Assembly: GCF_025526975.1 (NCBI RefSeq)
Contig: NW_026515686.1
Location: 186,001 to 250,000, forward strand
Direction: 5' to 3'
Length of the DNA: 64,000 bases
Origin: Fimicolochytrium jonesii
Lineage: Eukaryota
Shown here piece after piece: positions 26,640 through 37,657 of this stretch. The notes below the pieces were generated by a model. It saw only the letters and a list, made by a program, of their open reading frames with translations, had not been told where the DNA came from and made no database searches. Position numbers and translations under genes: made by a program. The number at the start of each line of letters is the position of its first letter. Within the stretch, counting starts at the first letter, position 1.

Positions 26640-29609
26640 ATGTTGACCGGAAATGAGACTGTCCTCTCCACTGAGACTTTCTCCACTCACACCGAGGAAG
26701 CGGCGACTCTGAGGAACGCCAAGCTCCAACGCTCGTCCAAGGACGCTAGCGTCGCTCAATCATGTATCTCGCCTGATGGCCCTCCTTCAGAGGGTTCGGC
26801 GAGGATTGCCATGTCAAACTACGAAGGCGCAGACGACAGAGGAGCATCATCCGGACACATGAATCCAGAAGATACCTATGAAACCGCGAAACCTATGGCC
26901 ATCATGTCGGTAGACGGGCGATCGAAGCGAGCATCTTATCATGATTCCCCTACTGCCTCTTCGATGGCGTCAAACAACACAATCACGCTAGCGGATGCGC
27001 GCGCCAGGGTCAACTCTAGTCTCCATTCCGCAGAGTCAGCCTTCGACCCAGACCTGACACCAACGATTGAAAGAATTTCCTTTGGATTCCCGTCGAGCTC
27101 AACTTTTAACAAACTCATCATCCCTGAGAGAAGCCCGGAAGTGGCAAGGACAGGCTATGCGGTTGATAGGCTCGGAGATGAGGACGATATGGAAGAAAGC
27201 GGGGAGATGGGGAATTCGGAGGACCCAGACTCAAGACCGGAAGTACACTCGGCTTCCCCGCCGATTTCGTCGGTGTCGCCTGTCATTGTTACAGGTATCC
27301 ATCCTATGCGTCGCGATAGTGCTTTCTCGGCGTTGACCGACGAAGGACAGGAGAGCGACGCCTCACCACGAAGCGCTCGATTTCTTTCCGATCTATGGGA
27401 TTCCCAAGCTCGCTATTACAGCACAGCTTCGTCATCTTCGCGACCAGCAAACGATCGGCGCCATAAAAGAGGTGCAGCGTCGTTGTCTTTGCCTTTATCA
27501 CCAGCTAGCTTTGGTAGAGAGGGGACCCAGAACAATTCGGCCGGCCCGTCGAGAAGAAGCCACGACATGCTCACACGCAGATCGGCAGATATCAATAGCA
27601 TCATCGGGAACAAGTCCAGGGGGAGACCAGAAGATTCCTTGAGACCCAGCGCAGGCGCTGGTAGCACGCAGGAAGGGGGCTTCTTTGGGCTGTTCACGGG
27701 TTGGCTCGCTCGAGGCCACGCGAAGATCAATACAGTCTCCGAGGAAAGTCACGAACATAAGGGAAGCTGGGCATCGAAGGAACGCGTCCGACCGCGATCC
27801 ACCAGCAATCGCGCGTCGTACGGTGCAGCAGAGGCGAATGGTCATTCGTCTGGTTGGCTAGACGAAGTTCCTCATACCAGCTCGAATGGAGCCTATTCCA
27901 CGTTTTCGCACTCACAGCCCCCATTCAGTGTTGCTGCTTCCAGTGCAGACGCACGAAGCCTAGTGAGCGAGAGATCCTCCCTTCATAGAGGCACCCGACG
28001 TCGTCGTGCCCATGAACGATCCATGCTTCGGCGAGGCAACCTTGGGCGGAGAGGGCGTGGTGGGACAAGGACGCGCGTTTCTGGTATGGCAGACGATAGC
28101 ATCTACCCCGATTCTTGGGGATACAAGAAGCGAAAAGATTGGAATTACGGCATTGTGGGCAACGAGAGCGCCTTCGAAACCGAGTCCGAGCGTGGCACCG
28201 TAGATGAGTCCGACGCCGATCTTGAGAGCACTGCTGGAACTCTAGCGTCGGCACGACTTCGGAGGGATTTCCATTCCGATTACGATACCGAACATTCTCT
28301 TCATGGGGATGACGGGGATGGGGATGAAGAGGACGAGCGTTCATCTATACCCGATGATACGGAGTCCTATCGTTCAGGGGACTTTTCGCCTCGAGATGAC
28401 GAATCAGCGACAGGACACGAGACGGAGGACGAGGAAGAAGCGTTCCACAACCACGCCAATCGATGGTGGACACCGGGTCACTCTTCTTCGCAAATCTTCG
28501 CATCCCTCGACACTTCATACCTGGCTAGCGCCTCGTCAGTGATCTTGCCGCCCGCTTTACCTCACTTCAACCCTCCCTCTTCGCTGTCGGCGTCATGCCC
28601 CACATCCCCAGCGTCTGCAGAACTGCTCAACTCTCTACCTCCGTTGCCTTCCGCGCCAGTTTCAGGAGCCGGTAAAGACCGGCAGTCTGAGGATACCGGC
28701 CCCGGAGACGACCGTTTTTCTTCCAATCCCTCCGCTATACAGAACGGCTCGACTCCCCGATTCACACAGTCCACACGGCCACCGCTATCGCCACTTCGTA
28801 GGCGCACATCCCTTGAAGATTCGTACCAAGGAGAGCCCGACGCGTTCCCGAACCTCCGGCAGCACCGTTCCTTGACTTTCCCTCCACCATCTTCGCCGAC
28901 AGAATCGTCGGAAGATGTTGCCGGGGAGAGAACTCCTACTCGTGCGATACGGCAGCGGTTTTCCACCTCTGGAGAACACTTGAGATCCCAGGAGTCCGCT
29001 TCCTCCATGGCTTGGCGCGCTACATGGCCTCGAATCACAGTCACGGACCCACTTCGTGTTCGCGCCGTTGCATCGTCTGGCTCGGGGCCCGTCAGCCTTC
29101 AGACGACCACTTTACGACCGACGAATTCGACATCACCGTTCCCAGTACCGCGCTTCCAGTCGTTTTCATTGACGTCAACGCCTCCTTCTCACCGTCCTTA
29201 CACGACTTACAAAGTGACGCTGCACACGTATCCCGTGCCGACGGTCGTGAGGAAACGGTACACAGACTTCCGTGCTTTGTACAACGAGGCTAGGAGGTGG
29301 CATGAGGGTGCGAAAGCGGCGAGCTTGACCAGTAATATATCGGACGAAGCCCGGCCAGTACCGCCCAGACGCGCCGTTTCATTGACAAGCATGCAGCCCG
29401 CTAAACATCGGGCGACTGCATTAAACACACGAGCACGAGTTCAACCGGAAGTTGCGGAGCTGCTACCGCCTTTCCCACCGAAAACGTTTTTCCAGCGCTT
29501 CAGTGCTTCGGTCATCAAGGAACGGGCTGCGGCGTTTGAGAAGATCTTGACGCATCCTGATTTCGTGCCGCCGCATCTTCTGAGAGACTTTATGGGGCTG
29601 AGTTCTTGA
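26640..29609 (+). CDS. Single-exon protein with a long Ser/Arg/acidic disordered region and a C-terminal PX (phosphoinositide-binding) domain
   Basis: 989-codon ORF. The C-terminus YTTYKVTL...VVRKRYTDFRALY...LPPFPPKTFFQRFSASVIKERAAAFEKILTHP...LRDFM is a PX signature. The true start could be ATG 26811. Confidence 0.85.
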   Translation: MLTGNETVLSTETFSTHTEEAATLRNAKLQRSSKDASVAQSCISPDGPPSEGSARIAMSNYEGADDRGASSGHMNPEDTYETAKPMAIMSVDGRSKRASYHDSPTASSMASNNTITLADARARVNSSLHSAESAFDPDLTPTIERISFGFPSSSTFNKLIIPERSPEVARTGYAVDRLGDEDDMEESGEMGNSEDPDSRPEVHSASPPISSVSPVIVTGIHPMRRDSAFSALTDEGQESDASPRSARFLSDLWDSQARYYSTASSSSRPANDRRHKRGAASLSLPLSPASFGREGTQNNSAGPSRRSHDMLTRRSADINSIIGNKSRGRPEDSLRPSAGAGSTQEGGFFGLFTGWLARGHAKINTVSEESHEHKGSWASKERVRPRSTSNRASYGAAEANGHSSGWLDEVPHTSSNGAYSTFSHSQPPFSVAASSADARSLVSERSSLHRGTRRRRAHERSMLRRGNLGRRGRGGTRTRVSGMADDSIYPDSWGYKKRKDWNYGIVGNESAFETESERGTVDESDADLESTAGTLASARLRRDFHSDYDTEHSLHGDDGDGDEEDERSSIPDDTESYRSGDFSPRDDESATGHETEDEEEAFHNHANRWWTPGHSSSQIFASLDTSYLASASSVILPPALPHFNPPSSLSASCPTSPASAELLNSLPPLPSAPVSGAGKDRQSEDTGPGDDRFSSNPSAIQNGSTPRFTQSTRPPLSPLRRRTSLEDSYQGEPDAFPNLRQHRSLTFPPPSSPTESSEDVAGERTPTRAIRQRFSTSGEHLRSQESASSMAWRATWPRITVTDPLRVRAVASSGSGPVSLQTTTLRPTNSTSPFPVPRFQSFSLTSTPPSHRPYTTYKVTLHTYPVPTVVRKRYTDFRALYNEARRWHEGAKAASLTSNISDEARPVPPRRAVSLTSMQPAKHRATALNTRARVQPEVAELLPPFPPKTFFQRFSASVIKERAAAFEKILTHPDFVPPHLLRDFMGLSS

Positions 29610-30531
29610 GCCGTCGCCCAGAGTCGCGGCTTTCATAAACCCTTGGACTCGTCTCCACCCTATTCTTATTTGCGTGGGTTGACAACGTTCCTTACGTAGC
29701 TTCACTTCCAATAGGCTTTTCATCCGTTTCCTTGTCACTGCCTCTGGATACGTGTCCTTGGTAGATGTAGTACTGCTGTTGACATCTTGTACTTTTGCTT
29801 ATTTTTTGGCGTCGTTCTAGAATATATATACGTGTGTTTTTCCGTCTGTAGCTTTGTTGCGTTTGCGGGAAGGTCAACGTGAAGCGTATTACTTGTCTGC
29901 AAGCGCATTGGTGTTTCAGCCTCCTAGACCCGCTCGACGGATGGACAGTCAATGAGAGCGTCAACGGTTATCACAACCTCGCGGCTAGCAGAAACACAAC
30001 TCCCATGGAATCATTTTCCGATAATGTTGATTTATATATATGATAGAGAATATCACTACTACACTGGCTATGCCTTGAATATAGTAGGTACTTGCTGCTA
30101 CATCGCCAAACCGGAAATGTTTGAAGCCGCGGGCTACCTATTCCGTGAAGAGAAGGCGAAAAAAATAGATGACAACCACAGCGCACACCTTGTAGCTGTT
30201 TCCTCTCAGCTGGATCCCCAACGGAGAAGAATACCCGTGGGGTTAGAGCTCAATAGGCATGGGTTGCTTCCTGTTGGAGCCGCTTGCTATTCTGCAGACG
30301 ATCCCTCCTCGACGGCTGCATCTGTTCGTGGATAATCGGAGGGTGGCTCAAGGCAAACTTTGAAGGGAGGGGAGGGCAAATATCGCCTTTGACATCGACA
30401 ATCATATGAGAACAACCAAATGGCACCGGGGGCTTCATTGAACTGCGAGGAAGGAACGAAGAGTGAGCAAACACCCGTGCGCATTGTATCAAAATACGCA
30501 GATGGGGGTGTCCTCGAACCTACCGCTATTA

Positions 30532-33101
30532 TCACCAAGACAGGCACCTCGTGTCGACATCGCGGAAGGTAGCCGACAACGGCTGGCCCTGGAGCTGAAC
30601 CGGCATGGGTGGGCCCGGCGCATCAGGATAGCACGCATACGGCACCCATGGCGACCAGAGAGAGCTCTGAGGGCATAAAATGGGAGGAGCCCCGTAGTAA
30701 GGCAGGAGCGGTTGAACTGGCACCTGAACTGGCGTCCTTCAAAGGCAGCGAAAACGGGAAATTAGTCCATGATGATGCCCAAATTGCGAGGATGAAGGCA
30801 TGGACTTACGAGGATGCCGGCTCGGAAGCCGGATGCCACGGGATCCGAATGCTCTTAGGCTTTCGCCCATACCCAAAGCCCATGCGATTTTGCGCTGCGT
30901 TCGCAAGGCCGCTCCCGTCCTGGCAGGGAGGACTGTCATTCAAGCCGCTTCCGGAATCCTGTTTCGCCTGCGTGGTCGGAACACTTCTTGATCTCTTCGA
31001 GGGCATTGAACCCTTTGAAAGCGGTGTGGCGACGGGCGGAAGACCCTCGCTCGCATCGGAGCATCCGTCGCATTTGCTGTCGGCATCAACGGTGCTAGCA
31101 TCAATACGTGCAACACTGACGCCTCTCTCATTGTCTTTGGTCTCAATGTTCTCCGCGGCTATCTTCTTGTTTTGTCGTTCTTTTTCACGATGGAACTCCT
31201 CACAGACCCAGCTGCCGGCCCGAGGGTCGATTTCAGTGCCATCACGGCTGATCTTGATGTTCTTGTTACCATTCCACGCATTGGTCACATCCTGCAAGAT
31301 CAGATAGTTAGTAGGGTTCTTCTTCAGTTATTTCTTCGAAGGTCTTTACTAACCTTGAGAAGGGAAAAGCTCAACGGTTGACTGTATCGCATGTAAAATG
31401 AGAGTTGACATGGGCAAGGTATCTGCCAACATGCGCCGAAACGAACAACTCACGTCAGTACCCAGCGGATCCTGAAAGGCTTCCCTAAACAAGGACGTAT
31501 GTAAATCTCAGCATCCATTGATGGGAAAGTAGAAGCTTCCACGCACCCCATTCAGGTGGCATGTACGGGTCTTTGCCGTTGATCTCGTCTGCCGCACTCT
31601 GAATCGGCACGAAGGGTACCCATTCGACGGTTTCTTCGCTTTGGACTGGGATCCATGATTCCAATCTGTAGGAGGGAAGTTATAGCACGTACTGTCATCG
31701 GAATGAGGATGGAAGAAGCAGTGCTTGGGCTTGGCTCCACTCACCTGGCGTAGCCGTAGAACTCTCCGGTCTTATTCGCACCGAAGATCAGGTATACGTC
31801 CTTCGTAGTCTGAAAAGACAGGCAGTAGTTAACAGTTAACCTAAGCGGAGGGTGCCGTGCATTCGATGCGGACTTTAGTTCATCGCAAACGTACCTCAAA
31901 CGCTTTCTTGAGCTTTTCTTCATTTTTCGATTGCGTGGACCAGACTTTCAATGACTTGGCTCGATCGAGATTGTCTGTGTTCAAGGATTTCATGATGAAA
32001 TACTTGACATTGAACTGGTCCACGGCCTCAATGCGCTGGGAATTCTGGACACATCCCACGGTGATGGCGGTTTTGCTAGCGTTGAAGACACTCGCAGCGG
32101 CATCAGATTCACGACGAAGATCGGGCGTCCGGAGCATTACGGACAGGCTCCGAGCGAGGCTCGACGAGGAGCTGGAGCTGGAGCTTGTTTCCGAGATGCT
32201 TCGTGCTCTCTGAAAGACACATAAATGACGACGAGAGGTGAGAACCTGAATCCGAGTAGCGGAATATACGAACAAGATTCCGAGCGGCTGAAATAACTTA
32301 CCTTTCGCCTGCAGTTGAGCAGACATCCGTTGAATGGGGCTCTATCAAACTCCTTTACAGCCGCATCAGCTTCCGCCGTTGTTTGGAAGTTGATGTATGC
32401 GCTTCGGGAAGCCGGCAGGTGTCGCAAAGACTAGGCCAATGAAGATTAAGAAGCATACCAAAGACGTTTTGAGGTCACAATGTCATAGTGGGATAAATGG
32501 AAGCAAGGCAGCTTACCACATGCGCGCATTTCGAGAAGTACGCGCGGATATCGGCTTCCGACGCACTGGCGGGTAGGTTGCCAACCCTTGAAAAGTAAAA
32601 GTTTTCTAGAGCTGTTGGCAGACGAAAGGGAACTTCCATGGCTTACCAAATGGTTTTTATCACATCGCGTGGGACTTTCATTGTCATCAACGAACGGTCG
32701 ACTTCTACAGGTGAATTACCTTCCTTCGCCGGCTCAGAGGCTTCGTAATTGCGGGGTAAGTTAGTTATACGAAGCGTACAGGATTGTTAAATGGATTGTG
32801 ATGCCCCTTACTTTTTGCAGCGCCGGCCCATGCATCTAGGGAGGGAACTGCCGGTCAAAATTTGTATCCAATTGAATGAACTAATCCATCGCCGAAACTC
32901 ACCGCCAGTGCACGAGTTCCTCGGCGAGAGGGGTTCAAGACGAGACTCTAACCCCGCCTCGTATGGATAGAGACTCGGATAGGTGCATTGTTGAGAAGGC
33001 TCACCGACAAAGAATGGATGGAGCAACGTTGGTATAAGTTGCATCGGCGGAGGCAGCACTCCTTGGAGCGCCACTTGCTGGAACTGGTATGGGTGCGCCA
33101 T
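30532..33101 (-). CDS. RRM + YTH domain RNA-binding protein (YTHDC1/Mmi1-like), multi-exon; both ends approximate
   Basis: Spliced RRM: TIW|VGNLPASASEADIRAYF...SAYINFQTTAEADAAVKEFDRAPFNGCLL. YTH: KYFIMKSLNTDNLDRAKSLKVWSTQSKNEEKLKKAFE|TTKDVYLIFGANKTGEFYGYAR...NAWNGNKNIKISRDGTEIDP. Confidence 0.85.
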
Positions 33102-35000
33102 TTTTTGCAGAGGGCTGGCGTCGAGGAGAGGATCACGTCTCAAAGTACATCACACCTTCGCGAGATGGTGCTGAACGATGCGCGTATAAACAGAAATTCA
33201 GGAACTCGCTTGCCCGTACTTCGGGGAAAAGGTTGTGAAAGTGCAGCCGCACGCTTGCCCCGCTAGATCTGCTGGCCCGCTTCCCGATCCCGCCCATGAC
33301 GGTAAACTGCTGCTAGGGTCGGGGTATCCGTCGTCCATGGCTCGGCGCTTGCGCTATCCTCGGGGACCGTCGACATTACGGTCATCCCAGTCCAGTCTGG
33401 TCCCAGTGCTCAACCAACCGTCCCCTTCTTACGGGTCCACCGCGAGGAGACCCTTGTTCACGGTAAAGCATCCTGCGTCCCTTAACCTCTGCAAGGGTAT
33501 GTGTATGGAGGGGCGAGGGGTGGGGGAATTTTTGACAGGGTACTGTAGTGCGCAGCAATATTTCGACAGCGCGTAGTGCCTCACTTCCTTCTCTAGGAAA
33601 AGGGCACTTCTCACCGGCGGCTCTAAAGGTCTGCCTGCCCCGCGCACCATATGAGACCATCTCTGTTCGCAGCCAACACCAGGAGTGCAATTATTCCACC
33701 CTGTCTTCTGGCTTCTCGCAAAGCCAAGAAGTTTCCACGTCTCCGGTTGCGGTGTTGCTGACCGCGAGCAAGATGACACGATCTCGCCCGGATGGCCGAG
33801 GCGGCATTGTGAAGCTTTGTCCACGACACAAAATGATACTCGGATGGAGAGACGCGGTGTTATTCAACGTCAGGGAGGAGGTCCTCGGGCCGGATCCGAA
33901 TCGTCTGGACGCAAGTGACGAAGACGAGGAAGAGCTGCAGGTATGGACTTGGCTGAAGTCGGCTATACCTTGCGTTTTATCCGCACCGAGCGCGCCCACT
34001 GACCTCCCTTATGTGGCTTCGCTCTTCAATAAAGAATGTTTTATTCGGAGTGCGCAACCTTGCATCCGAGAACGGAGAGAGCCGCGGTGAGGAAGATGGT
34101 TTCTCTTCACTCCTCGTTTCAACGGCAGATAGTGCCCCCGCAAGCACAACGGCAATTTCCGTCAACAGACCTTGCCATGAATCGCAGGACAATACTTTAA
34201 ACGTAGGGGAGACCCCCATAAATGTAGTGAACGATCCGATGGACACGGCGCTCCCTCAGATCCCACCAGTCCAGCGGCAGTAGTGTCGCGGCCGCTGCGT
34301 TGATCTGCGCCTCGCGGCCCGACGCGTGGTGTATCGTGCCGCACAATGAAGTTTGGTCCCACTTCGCATCACCCGTTAGTTCGCATGAAGCTGTGTATCC
34401 CCATCATTGTTGTTTATGACCTCAGAGGAGGGACAGCTTCATGCGAACAGACTATAGGCCGACGTACTCCACATCTTGCAACACGGTTGTTCCCCTGGCG
34501 CAATCCACCTCCCTCTTCCCTCTCTACATGCGCTAGTGGCCTTTGCGCCCTCAGTATTTGAGTCAATGTATGGCCGTGCAAGTTGGGGTGCAGTCAACTT
34601 GGGAAATCTTGTAGATCACATCGAACTGTTGGAGCATGCTTCCCGTCTTCGGAGTGTCTTCAACCACTAGGTTTCACTGTCCTGAAATTCGGTGGAACAT
34701 GAAGATCTTCTGATCAGCAGTTTGCCTGCAGCGATTGTCAAAATCCCCAGTCTCACCAAATTCTGCTTCTTCTTGGTCGCGGCCAGCTTCGCTTTCATCG
34801 CGTACCGCTTCCCACGCTTCTCAAAAGCGGCAATTTCATTGTCAAGTTGCTCACATTCATCGCTCAGCTTCGCCATTTCAGGGGAGACCCCGATCTTCTT
34901 GAGGGTAGGAGGACCAGCCTCACCCCTTGGTCCACCCAATCTGCTCGCCTCAAGTTACAGCTGAACGATGTCCGCAGTCGCCACGCCTTTCAATACTACT

Positions 35001-35220
35001 GGTTAGGGTTTCGCGTAGTTTATGTCCTCACGTGACTCCACTCCCGCTTACGCCATGCTTCCGCGTACAGGAGTTCACCCTTTTCTTACTTCCCGGACCT
35101 CGCATCCTCCATTCTTCACACAAGACAACACTGTATAACTTCATACAATATAGGGCTTCGTCTCCCCTACATAGGGTTCTGCTCTTAGTCTGCATTCCTT
35201 TGCCAGCTACCACTAACTGG
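35001..35220 (+). repeat. ~220-bp dispersed non-coding repeat, copy 1 (inverted relative to 40548-40753)
   Basis: The reverse complement (…gtacgcggaagcatggcgtaagcgggagtggagtcacgtgaggacataaactacgcgaaaccctaacc) aligns with 40615-40753. Weaker similarity continues to about 35220 versus 40548. Confidence 0.85.
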
Positions 35221-35695
35221 TTATGAGCCCTGGCTTTGGCCGCTACTTGCGTACAAAGGATAAAGAGCTCCCGGTTCTGTAACATCAGAGGAAACGTAGA
35301 CGATATTGGGCCCTTCCGAGAGGGCTGAAAACAGTGTATTGGAGTGAAGAAAAAGGTAGGAAGCTTTTTGCAGCGGCCGCACGGCTGACAGCTTTATATA
35401 TGAGCTGCCAGTGGGGCTTGCGTGGCTTCTATGAGGCTTGGCGCCTTATGTAATGTATCACCGAGAGCTTGGGTGGCCAGCCCGGGTCTCGGATCGCGTA
35501 GAAGGAAGGAAGTATAATATGAAATACAAGTGAATATGAGATAGCCCTTTTCTCGCGAATAGTGTCGTTGATCTCCCCATAACTGCAGATTGCCACAAAA
35601 TAGCTTGTTGGCGTTGAAGGTATGGCCCATCGTCACCCCAGCCAACATCAATGGGCATTTTGGGGTTATAAGTTTGAAAACCATGTTTTGACACC

Positions 35696-36554
35696 GGTAA
35701 TGTGGGTTGTCCAGTCTAGTTGGGGAACCACATGTCTGCGAGACAGGCCTTGCGGGATATACCTGTATATACTGGGAATATACAGGTAATTCCTGAGGTA
35801 CTTATGCGTCCAGACAGTGTTCTCCAGTGGACTCCGACCTCATGGGTACTTTAACAGTGCTCGTTGCGCGTTCCTATGCACAACGAGTAGTCCTTTTACT
35901 GCATATCGAATAGCAGGGCCGACGAACACCCAGTCCGTGTTAAGAATGGGCGGAGCCGACGGAAATAGAGGCGACTTGTGGTGCAGGTTGTTGACAGGTA
36001 ATGGTATTCAGACCGAAACAAGAACTAGAACAAGACTAGGAAGAACTGGTGTTGATCTGCTGGGGGATCAGGAAGTGGGGAGCTCAGGGGAGGCGGCTAT
36101 TTATGCTTTTCTGGGAAGGCTGGGGAAGCGTGGGGAAGCAGAAGGGTACGGAATGAGAGGGAAGCCAAGAGAAGCGCCAAGGGTGGGGGAAGCATAGAAA
36201 CAGAAGACTGGGGATGGGGTGGCTACGCTGAGGCTGTGGGCGGGTACGTGGGGAAGTATGAAGAAGGGTTTGTAAGCGCCGAGTGTTGGGGGGTGTGGCT
36301 ACGTGCGGCTGCGTGGAGAAATGAAGGCAGTGGCAGGTGTGGGGTAGCGCGGCTGCGTGCGGCTGCGAGGTTTGGCAGATGTCAGGTTTTTGACAGGGAA
36401 TTGACATTGACTGACTGTTGGGATGCTGTCATGAGGTAAGCGCATGGAATGGACGCGTCGTCCATAACAGTCCGTCTACAATACCTTACAGCAAAGTAGG
36501 TATTGCATACAAACGTCAGTTATACAACCCATGTGGAAGGTAGTCCACATCACA
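35696..36554 (+). mobile_element. Solo LTR of family B (TSD ACACC), itself interrupted by a family-A solo LTR
   Basis: Starts (g)gtaatgtgggttgtccagtct and ends ggtagtccacatcaca, like the LTRs at 49457, 56904 and 57893. ACACC flanks it at 35691-35695 and 36555-36559. Confidence 0.9.
35938..36469 (-). mobile_element. Solo LTR of chromovirus family A (TSD GTCCG)
   Basis: Near-identical reverse complement of 42915-43444. TG...CA ends. GTCCG at 35933-35937 and 36470-36474. Confidence 0.97.
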
Positions 36555-36908
36555 ACACCCATCCCTGATGTACCATAAGTGTTGTGCATCCTATATCAGA
36601 ATGCGACAAATGTTGCCATTCAACTTGCCAAGAACCACAAATGCCCATCGTGCGATTAACGCATCAGGTTGCAGTTGCAGTGCTTCAGGCCTCGGAAAAA
36701 TGGTTTCAGTCTCATCTGGCCGGCACAGAAGCGCCCCCACAGCAGAGATATTGCTACAATCAACAAGTATACCATCAGCGGACTCAGGGCGTATAGCCGC
36801 AAGTTCCTCTTGAATGGACACCATTGCACAATGAGACGCATAAATGGTGTCTTTATTAAATGTCTCTACTGAAAACCCTTCTTCTGACCAGCATCCCAAC
36901 GCGGCTTA

Positions 36909-37330
36909 TGTGAAAGTGGTCGATTATTCCCTGAGATAGGTCCTAAATTGGGTCGTTTGCGGGTGGAGATGATCTACTCGTGGAGAGTGCAAGGTAAAAG
37001 GTAGAGACCAACTAAATCCCTATTCTCACCACACATGTAGACACGCTTGGGCGTACTCCGTCTATTGGCAACCCCGGACTGCTAGGCGTAGGTACGCTAG
37101 TCAGTTGGGTCAAATGGGCACTTATGGTACAAACGTAGGGTCTAGTCTATAGCCGGTAAGATGCTCCCCGGGCAATATAAGCCAGTGTCGTCCTTTTTAT
37201 AGTGGGAGGGGGGGGGAAGGGGGTGTGTCTCTATCCTACTACTGATCACGCTGGTCACGCGCGCACAAATACTAATCTTCCCTTGAATCTCCCCATCTCC
37301 TCGTACGTCGTCAACCTGATCACTTTCACA
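36909..37330 (-). repeat. 3' LTR of element C (422 bp)
   Basis: Terminal inverted repeat tgtgaaagtg...cactttcaca (10/10). On the minus strand it is immediately preceded by the polypurine tract AAAAAGGGGAGGA (37331-37343). A TATAAAA lies at about 37195-37201 (minus). The left end cuts the family-B relic. Confidence 0.8.
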
Positions 37331-37657
37331 TCCTCCCCTTTTTGAAGCTTTCCTCTAGGAGGGGTGCTCAGAAGGGTTCCGGCGTGGTACTCCCTGTATT
37401 TTGCAGAAACTAGCCTGTTGCACGATGTCGCCATAGTGTGCTAGCCTCCAGAACCTCCGCTACTTGGGCGGATGTGTTGGTGAAGTGGTGTTTGTTGTTT
37501 GAGGTCGTGGGGTGTCGTAGGTTTGATCAATCAGCGCGCGCTGGATGGAACAGCGCGGGATGGTCCGGCACCGGGATGGTCTTGCCGTCCCCGGAGTCGT
37601 GGTCTGGGCTGCCCCCTGACGAGCTTCTGCGCTGAGGGTGCGTACTTCGAGCCACCA

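Larger units (their letters stand above)
35549..36908 (-). mobile_element. Relic of family-B Gypsy gag end/protease region, interrupted by nested solo LTRs
   Basis: Minus-strand EEGFSVETFNKD...KLNGNICRILI (36591-36899) and KHGFQTYNPKMPIDV...KLFCGNLQLWGDQRHYSRE match family-B pol at about 52150-52630 and 60456-60950. Confidence 0.9.

Noticed and set aside
33548..34283. Possible small spliced gene divergent from the YTH gene
   Set aside because: There is some protein-like sequence and a GTATGG donor, but no clear start, domain or consistent exon chain.
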